DNA of 13,898 nt from Candidatus Zixiibacteriota bacterium (lineage in GTDB: Bacteria > Zixibacteria > MSB-5A5 > WJJR01), in NCBI GenBank assembly GCA_036170655.1, contig JAVHPP010000070.1, forward strand, positions 1 through 13,898, in the 5' to 3' direction. The notes below the pieces were generated by a model that worked only from the letters and a program-made list of their open reading frames with translations, had not been told where the DNA came from and searched no databases. Position 1 is the stretch's first letter. Every line of letters starts with the position of its first letter. The position numbers were made by a program, and so were the translations under genes. Of the stretch, positions 1-5,840 are shown in pieces.

Positions 1-399
1 CGCGGAGATGCCGCACGCGCCCGGTTGATTGCGCCCCCGCGAACCGTCCTTCTGTGGGCCGATCCCGTGGCTCTGGAGCGGGTTCTTGAGAATCTGCTGG
101 ACAATGCGGTGACGCATAGTTCTCCGGAGGGGCCAGCTCGCGTCGAGGTGACTTGGGAAAACCGCGGAGCCAAGATCGAGCTGCAGATCCGCGACAGCGG
201 CATCGGCATCGAGCCGGATGAGGCGTCACACATCTTCGACTTGTTTTATCGCGGTCGCAATGCGGTGGCGCCGGGCTCGGGGGTGGGCTTGGCGATTGTC
301 AAAAAGATTACGGAAAACTCCGGGGCGTCGATATCCCACATGCCAAACCCTGGCGGAGGCTCTGTTTTCGTCCTGCAATGGCCATCTCCTCCCGGGTGA
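1..399 (+). CDS. Sensor histidine kinase, C-terminal HATPase_c domain (5'-truncated by the window edge)
   Basis: Frame is open from base 1. N box (ENLLDNA), G1 box (DSGIGI), F box (IFDLFYR) and G2 box (GSGVGLAIVK) are all present. Stop TGA at 397-399. Confidence 0.93.
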   Translation, partial: RGDAARARLIAPPRTVLLWADPVALERVLENLLDNAVTHSSPEGPARVEVTWENRGAKIELQIRDSGIGIEPDEASHIFDLFYRGRNAVAPGSGVGLAIVKKITENSGASISHMPNPGGGSVFVLQWPSPPG

Positions 400-491
400 C
401 CTCTGCTCGCAACCAATGTCCATCGATTGTCTCTCGGTCGGGTTCTGCCGACTTTTTCGGTGCGTTTTTCCCGTACCCGGCCATTTGGGGT

Positions 492-518
492 TTGACCAGC
501 GTCTGGGCTGTGTACAAT
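492..518 (+). promoter_or_regulatory. Possible sigma70-type promoter for the M48-TolB gene
   Basis: TTGACC (492-497) and TACAAT (513-518), but the spacer is a suboptimal 15 nt. Confidence 0.3.
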
Positions 519-550
519 TTGTGCCGACACAGGCTGAACAGAGGATCGAT

Positions 551-2872
551 ATGTCTCTTGGTCACAGGAAATTCTGGGCTCGATTACTTCCCACCTGTAT
601 TTTCGCGGCCGTCCTGGCCGTTATCTGCGTCGCCACTTCCCTCGGGCAGACACCGGCGGCCGGACTTCCGTCAGAAGCGGGCGCGGCGATCCCGTCTTTC
701 CCCACCAGTCAGATGTCCGCCTCGGCGCAGGCCGAGCCGGGCTGGGGAGACATGACATCGGAGCGGCGGGAGCAGGCGGTGAAATACTCGGCGACCAAGA
801 ACACGTTCTACTTCGTGCAATTCGCCTATGATGCGATCGTTCTCATTGTGCTGTTGCTCACGGGGTTTTCCTCCCACCTTCTTAAATGGGCGAAACTGTT
901 CGCAACGCGCCGCTTTTTGGTCCTGTTCATCTATCTCGCCGAGCTCCTGATCGTCCTCGCCATCACGTCCTTGCCCTTTGATTACTTTCTGGGCTATCAC
1001 TTGGAGCACCAGTATGGCCTCTCCAATCAGACGGTGGGAGGATGGCTTCTGGATTCGGCCAAGTCCCAGGCCGTCACATTTGTTCTGATGTTGATTGTCG
1101 TTGGCATACTCTACAGGTTAATTCGGCGATATCCTCATTCATGGTGGGCGTGGTTCGGGGCTGGGGCGGCGCCGTTCGCTGTATTCTTCATCGTGATCGC
1201 ACCCCTTGTCATCACGCCCCTGTTCTACCACACAACACCTCTGGACGACAGCCCGCTCAAGACTCAGATCCTCCGGCTGGCGCAGGACTCGGGGATATCG
1301 GATTCACGAATCTTTGTGATCGATGCGTCAAGGGACACGAAAAAGCTCAACGCCTATGTGACCGGGTTGGGGCAAACGAAACGGGTTGTTCTCTTTGACA
1401 ATTTACTGGCCGGCATGACACCCCCGGAGATTCTTTTTGTTGTGGGCCACGAAATGGGGCATTATCTCTTACATCATGTTTGGATCGGCCTGTTCATTGT
1501 TGTTGTCTTCATCTTCCTCATCGGGTATCTGTCACATCTGATTATGAGCAGAATCATTGCCGCTTACCAGTCACGGCTGGGTTTTGACCGGCTATCGAGT
1601 CTTGCCAGTCTCCCTCTTATCATGCTTTGTTTCCTGGTCTTCGGATTCCTAATGTCGCCAGTCCAGAATGGACTGTCGCGGCAATTCGAACACCGTGCCG
1701 ATGTATTCGGTCTGGAGAAGACAAGAGATGGGATGTCGGCGGCACGGGCTTTTGAGAAGCTGGCATCGGTCAATCTGTCGAATCCCGACCCGTCACCGTT
1801 CATTAAATTTTGGCTCTACGACCATCCGGCGCTCAGCGAGCGGGTCAGTTTTGCCCGTGCCTACGGGAGCGGTGCGTCCGTGAGTGGTACCGGCGGGGAT
1901 TCGCTGCGTTTTGCCGGCGAGCGCCACTTGGCCAATATCAAGCAACTTACTTTCGGCGGTGAGAATGCGGAAGCATACTTTGACGGCGAGGGGAAGCGGC
2001 TGAGTTTTCAGTCGACACGCGACGGGTACAACTGCGACCGGATTTTCATCATGGGCATCGATGGTTCCGATGTTCGTCAGATTTCCGCGCCCGGCGGCGT
2101 CACGACTTGCGCATTCATCCAGCCCGATGGAAAGCGTCTGATTTACAGTTCCACGTACTTGGTGGACGATTCGTGTCCGCCCAAGCCGTCCTTTGACAAA
2201 GGCTATGTCTGGGCTCTTCACAAAGGATACGACATCTATTCTGCAAAACCGGATGGTACTGACCTGAGGCGTCTCACAGACTCACCGGGGTATGACGCGG
2301 AAGGCGTGTACTCCACCGACGGTTCCAAGATTCTGTTCACGTCCGCGCGTGATGGCGATCTGGAGTTGTACACCATGAACCCGGACGGGTCAAACCAGAC
2401 GCGCCTGACTCACGACGTGGGCTACGATGGAGGCGCCTTTTTCTCCGCCGACGGTCAGCGAATTGTCTACCGCGCCCACCATCCAACGACGCCGGAGGCG
2501 ATTGCGGATTACAAGGAACTCCTGGCGGACGGACTTATCCGCCCCACCACACTTGAGATCTTTGTCATGGACGCCGACGGCAAGAACCAGAAGCAGGTGA
2601 CCAGCAACGGCGCGGCGAACTTCTGCCCTTACTTCCACCCGAATGGGAAACAGATCATCTTTGTCTCTAACATGGACGATCCCAAGAGACGAAACTTCGA
2701 GATCTATCTCATCAATGTCGATGGGACTGGATTGGAGCGGATCACCTACAACGAGACCTTCGATGGCTTCCCGATGTTCAATCGGGATGGCACAAAGCTG
2801 GTGTTCGCCTCCAACCGCCATAACGCCAAATCCGGGGAAACGAACATTTTTATCGCCGACTGGATTGAGTGA
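551..2872 (+). CDS. M48 (Ste24/CAAX-protease-like) membrane zinc metallopeptidase fused to a C-terminal TolB-like PD40-repeat beta-propeller, 773 aa
   Basis: ATG at 551 follows AGAGGA (540-545); the ORF-track start at 218 overlaps the kinase and is unlikely. Signal-like N-terminus, about 6 hydrophobic helices, NAYVTG motif, HEMGH zinc motif (1448-1462), EHRAD third ligand and YDHP. From ~1897, repeated F/YSxDGxxIxFxSxRDG and RLT motifs typical of PD40/TolB. Confidence 0.9.
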   Translation: MSLGHRKFWARLLPTCIFAAVLAVICVATSLGQTPAAGLPSEAGAAIPSFPTSQMSASAQAEPGWGDMTSERREQAVKYSATKNTFYFVQFAYDAIVLIVLLLTGFSSHLLKWAKLFATRRFLVLFIYLAELLIVLAITSLPFDYFLGYHLEHQYGLSNQTVGGWLLDSAKSQAVTFVLMLIVVGILYRLIRRYPHSWWAWFGAGAAPFAVFFIVIAPLVITPLFYHTTPLDDSPLKTQILRLAQDSGISDSRIFVIDASRDTKKLNAYVTGLGQTKRVVLFDNLLAGMTPPEILFVVGHEMGHYLLHHVWIGLFIVVVFIFLIGYLSHLIMSRIIAAYQSRLGFDRLSSLASLPLIMLCFLVFGFLMSPVQNGLSRQFEHRADVFGLEKTRDGMSAARAFEKLASVNLSNPDPSPFIKFWLYDHPALSERVSFARAYGSGASVSGTGGDSLRFAGERHLANIKQLTFGGENAEAYFDGEGKRLSFQSTRDGYNCDRIFIMGIDGSDVRQISAPGGVTTCAFIQPDGKRLIYSSTYLVDDSCPPKPSFDKGYVWALHKGYDIYSAKPDGTDLRRLTDSPGYDAEGVYSTDGSKILFTSARDGDLELYTMNPDGSNQTRLTHDVGYDGGAFFSADGQRIVYRAHHPTTPEAIADYKELLADGLIRPTTLEIFVMDADGKNQKQVTSNGAANFCPYFHPNGKQIIFVSNMDDPKRRNFEIYLINVDGTGLERITYNETFDGFPMFNRDGTKLVFASNRHNAKSGETNIFIADWIE

Positions 2873-3005
2873 TCGCATCCTGAGATCATGTCCTTCTCGC
2901 AGCTTGTGTTGGTGGGATCGAAAGTCCTCCCACTTGCTCCGGTGCAGAGAATTCGATGTTTGGCGTGGTGAACTCCGCAGTCGGCGCAGACTGGAAATGA
3001 CTACC

Positions 3006-3671
3006 ATGAGAACATTCGGCTGGATCGCAAGCATGGCTTTCTTGTTCGTGTGGATGGCAGGCGCAGTTTCAAGTTCGGTGGCGCAGGCCGCTTCTCCCAC
3101 AGACGCTACGCTGGAAGCACGCATCGTCACTGACCCTCGCGGCTGCCCGATGGCGGTCGACGTGTGGCTGAAGCGTACAACCGATTCCATCCAGGGAATC
3201 GAAGTTTATCTTGCTTGGGATCGGCCCGGAGTAGGGCTGTTCGAAACGAGTAAGGTCCGCATGGCCAGTCCCGATTCGACCGGGAAAGATTCCCTCTCGG
3301 CCAAGTCACTGACCGAATCCGGAGTTTCGGCGCGTATCGAACCGCGGATGGATCGATCGCGGGGATTGCTGCGGTCATGGGAGTATGTTGCCGCCCGAGG
3401 TGAAACTGGGGCGTGGGTCAAGGTGACTGGTATCGCTTATCTTGTCGGGGGATCGAAACCTCGGCCTATTTGCCCAGGAGATACTGGTCTCCTTTTCCGT
3501 TTGCCGGTGAAAGTTCTCACATCCCAGAAAGATTCTTTGGACGGGGATTCAGCCATCGTTTTGTTTGACAGACAGCGGACACGATACTCGGATACTCACG
3601 GCAAGTTATTCAATAGCCTCGACTTACATGACGGTATCATTTCTGTTCTGCCCTGCCGTAAGCACCGATAA
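3006..3671 (+). CDS. Secreted cohesin-like domain protein, paralog of 4239-5066 lacking the dockerin (alternative start 2997)
   Basis: Signal peptide ending in AQA, beta-strand-rich body, and clear colinear similarity to the next CDS (DSIQG/DSIAG, WEYVAAR/WEYVQAR, YSDTHGKL/FSDTKGQL). The ORF-track extension back to 2643 overlaps the upstream gene. Confidence 0.7.
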   Translation: MRTFGWIASMAFLFVWMAGAVSSSVAQAASPTDATLEARIVTDPRGCPMAVDVWLKRTTDSIQGIEVYLAWDRPGVGLFETSKVRMASPDSTGKDSLSAKSLTESGVSARIEPRMDRSRGLLRSWEYVAARGETGAWVKVTGIAYLVGGSKPRPICPGDTGLLFRLPVKVLTSQKDSLDGDSAIVLFDRQRTRYSDTHGKLFNSLDLHDGIISVLPCRKHR

Positions 3672-3808
3672 GTTTGGCGCTCTGCCGCCCTAAGTCTGGT
3701 CCTTGAAAGTGTCCTCGCGCTGGATCTGGCGCAATACACTTCCTCACTACTCGAAGCAGACGGTATCCGCTCTTTTTCGTCCGGCCGGAAGTTTTAACCG
3801 TAAGTGCC

Positions 3809-3838
3809 TTGACTTTATGAGGAATTGTGCTATATACT
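3809..3838 (+). promoter_or_regulatory. Sigma70-type promoter
   Basis: TTGACT (3809-3814), 18-nt spacer, TATACT (3833-3838), in an AT-rich patch. Predicted TSS ~3845. Confidence 0.65.
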
Positions 3839-3846
3839 GATTGCAA

Positions 3847-4221
3847 TCGGTATGGGTTAAGCGTTTCGGCAACCCGTGCCGAACCACAAGTACCACATCT
3901 GCCTTGGCTTGGATAGCCGGATATAAACCAAGGTGTGTTTCATGCCTGAGACGTACAACCGGCAGGAGATGGTATCGCATAGACAGCGCTTGGTTTGTTG
4001 AACTGACGCGGCCTCAGTTTTTACTCGGTTGAGCTGTAGGTGACAGTGTGTCAGTTCGATAATTACAGACAGGCGCTGGTCCGAGAGGAATGGGACCATC
4101 TCGGTTGGATACGCCTCCGGAGTCGAAAGTCAGATCGATCAGTTCGCTCCGTTGGGATTGTCCGGCGCACGACTGGCGACCCCAGTTGTACGATGCCAAT
4201 AGCGTAAACGTCAAGTCCCGA
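3847..4221 (+). ncRNA. Candidate large structured RNA or 5' leader, family not identified
   Basis: A continuous series of hand-identified helices with many G-U pairs on the + strand, including a ~175-nt rod at 3945-4120. It begins just after the promoter and ends just before the RBS of 4239. No convincing long CDS in the region. Confidence 0.45.
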
Positions 4222-4238
4222 GAAACAAGGAGAGGTCC

Positions 4239-5066
4239 ATGTCCCGCAGTTCACCCTTCTTGAAGTGGATTGGTGTTTTCGTGCTCGTCACCGGATTGTG
4301 GGCTTCGGAATCGTCCGCGCAGACGCCGAAGATCTATCTCGACCTGAATGACACCACGGCCAGCCCGGGTTCGGCTGTGCAGGTCTCGGTTTTCATTCAA
4401 AATCTCCAGGATTCCATTGCCGGTTTTCAGATGATGATGTCGCTGTCGCGGCCTGACATTATGGAGTTCATTTCCTACACGCAGGTTCAGACATGCTACC
4501 GTTGCGCCGACTCCGCCTGCACGTCCGTTGTTGCCTATCCATGCACTGTCTCCATTGTTCCGATGACAACCGAGGGCACACTGACACACAACTGGGAGTA
4601 TGTGCAGGCACGGACGACGGGGGGCTTCGACATTCGGCTGACCGGTCTGGCGGACAACACCTTTGACCGGTTGCCCCTGCCGATTCTCCCGTTCACCAGT
4701 GGGATTCTCATCAAGGTTATCGGCCATGTGCTGTGCGACATCCCCGACACACTCCAGGACCGGACAGTGTCCGTCAACGGTAATCTCTTGGGAACATACT
4801 TCAGCGATACCAAGGGACAGTTGATCACCCCAGTATCGTTCGCCTCAGGATCGGTGACTGTCCTGCCGTCCGTTCGGGGGGACTTGAATTACGACGGCGC
4901 CGTCGATGTCCTGGACGTTGTCCAGACAATCGACATCGCTTTCAGCGGGGGGGCATCACCGTGTCCTGTTACGCTGCCCGACGTGAATTGCGACGACGCT
5001 GTTGATGTGCTGGACGTTGTCTACATGATCGACTACGCCTTCAGCGGTGGTCCGCCGCCCTGTTGA
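4239..5066 (+). CDS. Secreted cohesin-like domain plus C-terminal type I dockerin protein, 275 aa
   Basis: RBS AAGGAG (4227-4232) and a signal peptide (..SSA|Q). Cohesin-like start 'LNDTTASPGSAVQVSVFIQN..IAGFQ' and end 'GSVTV'. Two EF-hand-like dockerin repeats, DLNYDGAVDVLD and DVNCDDAVDVLD. Confidence 0.85.
   Translation: MSRSSPFLKWIGVFVLVTGLWASESSAQTPKIYLDLNDTTASPGSAVQVSVFIQNLQDSIAGFQMMMSLSRPDIMEFISYTQVQTCYRCADSACTSVVAYPCTVSIVPMTTEGTLTHNWEYVQARTTGGFDIRLTGLADNTFDRLPLPILPFTSGILIKVIGHVLCDIPDTLQDRTVSVNGNLLGTYFSDTKGQLITPVSFASGSVTVLPSVRGDLNYDGAVDVLDVVQTIDIAFSGGASPCPVTLPDVNCDDAVDVLDVVYMIDYAFSGGPPPC
4881..5051 (+). repeat. Duplicated dockerin Ca-binding segments (4881-4952 and 4980-5051; 99-nt period)
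   Basis: DLNYDGAVDVLDVVQTIDIAFSGG versus DVNCDDAVDVLDVVYMIDYAFSGG. The repeat is visible at DNA level too (CTGGACGTTGTC and TTCAGCGG occur in both). Confidence 0.9.
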
Positions 5067-5122
5067 TCTCCGCGGTTGGCTTGTAACAGGAGTTCCCTTC
5101 TCGTTCCAAGCGAAACAATTGT

Positions 5123-5164
5123 GACTCCCTGCTGAGTCCAACTCGGCAGGGGGTTCTTTCTTCT
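5123..5164 (+). terminator. Rho-independent terminator after the cohesin-dockerin gene
   Basis: GACTCCCTGCTGAGT-CCA-ACTCGGCAGGGGGTT, a 15-bp stem including G-U pairs, followed by CTTTCTTCT. It lies between convergent genes. Confidence 0.75.
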
Positions 5165-5201
5165 GAGCGGGTGAGTTCGGCCCTGTCCCGCGGGGCGGAC
5201 T

Positions 5202-5840
5202 TCAGTGGGATTCTTTAGACGAGATGTCTGCTGGGCGGTTTGGGACCAGGTCAGGTTGTCCCAATGGAAACTGCCCGTGGGCCGCCAAAGCGTGAAGGCT
5301 CTGATCGATCCAGCCTACAATTGAGTCTACCTCGGCCCGGGACGGCTTGGCATCCCAGTGCATGAGGCGATACTCCCAAGGGGGCATCTCCCCTTCCGTG
5401 ATTTGTTCCTTTATGCCCACAAGATTGTCAGCGGGCCTTGCGTGACCCACAAATGGGAATCCCTTCGACATGTCCAGTCGCTTGCGCGCTTTGCGGATGT
5501 CGCTATCAATCAACGCCCGGACGCCCGGCAGCTGGTGGTACCAGGGGTAGCGTGTCTGGTCCGTGTGGCAATTGAAACATGCCCTCTGGAAGATCGGCCG
5601 GACCTGTTGGAAGCCCGCCTGAATGCCGGCGTAGATGGAATCCCACGGTGGTTGCCTGACTCCACTGGTCTTTGCGGAATACTGACTCTCCTGTGCAGCC
5701 ACGTCGTCGTCATCGGCGCGGCAAATGGCCAGCCAAATAAAGGGAATCACGAATACCAGGACCAGTCCCGCAGCGCAAAAACGCTTCGTCCCCTCCGGAA
5801 GCAATCTGACGCTGATTGGGTCAGGTCTCCCGCTACTCAA
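5202..5840 (-). CDS. Heme-binding domain protein (Haem_bd-like monoheme c-type cytochrome), exported or membrane-anchored; start uncertain
   Basis: N-terminal hydrophobic segment, CFNCH heme-attachment motif followed by TRYPWY, and EMPPWEYRLMH..AK with a likely axial Met, matching the Haem_bd family pattern. The TTG start overlaps the last codons of glmS. Confidence 0.82.
   Translation of the reverse strand: MSSGRPDPISVRLLPEGTKRFCAAGLVLVFVIPFIWLAICRADDDDVAAQESQYSAKTSGVRQPPWDSIYAGIQAGFQQVRPIFQRACFNCHTDQTRYPWYHQLPGVRALIDSDIRKARKRLDMSKGFPFVGHARPADNLVGIKEQITEGEMPPWEYRLMHWDAKPSRAEVDSIVGWIDQSLHALAAHGQFPLGQPDLVPNRPADISSKESH

Noticed and set aside
218..550. N-terminal extension of the M48-TolB ORF (884 aa in the track)
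   Set aside because: It overlaps the kinase in another frame and has non-protein-like composition. The RBS and signal peptide point to ATG 551.
2643..2996. N-terminal extension of the cohesin-like ORF
   Set aside because: It overlaps the propeller coding region, and the signal peptide begins at 2997/3006.
3845..4238. Known riboswitch, tmRNA, RNase P RNA or CRISPR array
   Set aside because: I found no c-di-GMP, c-di-AMP, TPP, SAM or cobalamin consensus, no GAGGAAAGTCC, no tRNA-like ends and no regularly spaced direct repeats.
3747..4254. Short ORFs of 63-80 aa in the cohesin intergenic region
   Set aside because: They have no good RBS or recognisable motifs and overlap each other on both strands. 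The base-pairing pattern explains the region better.
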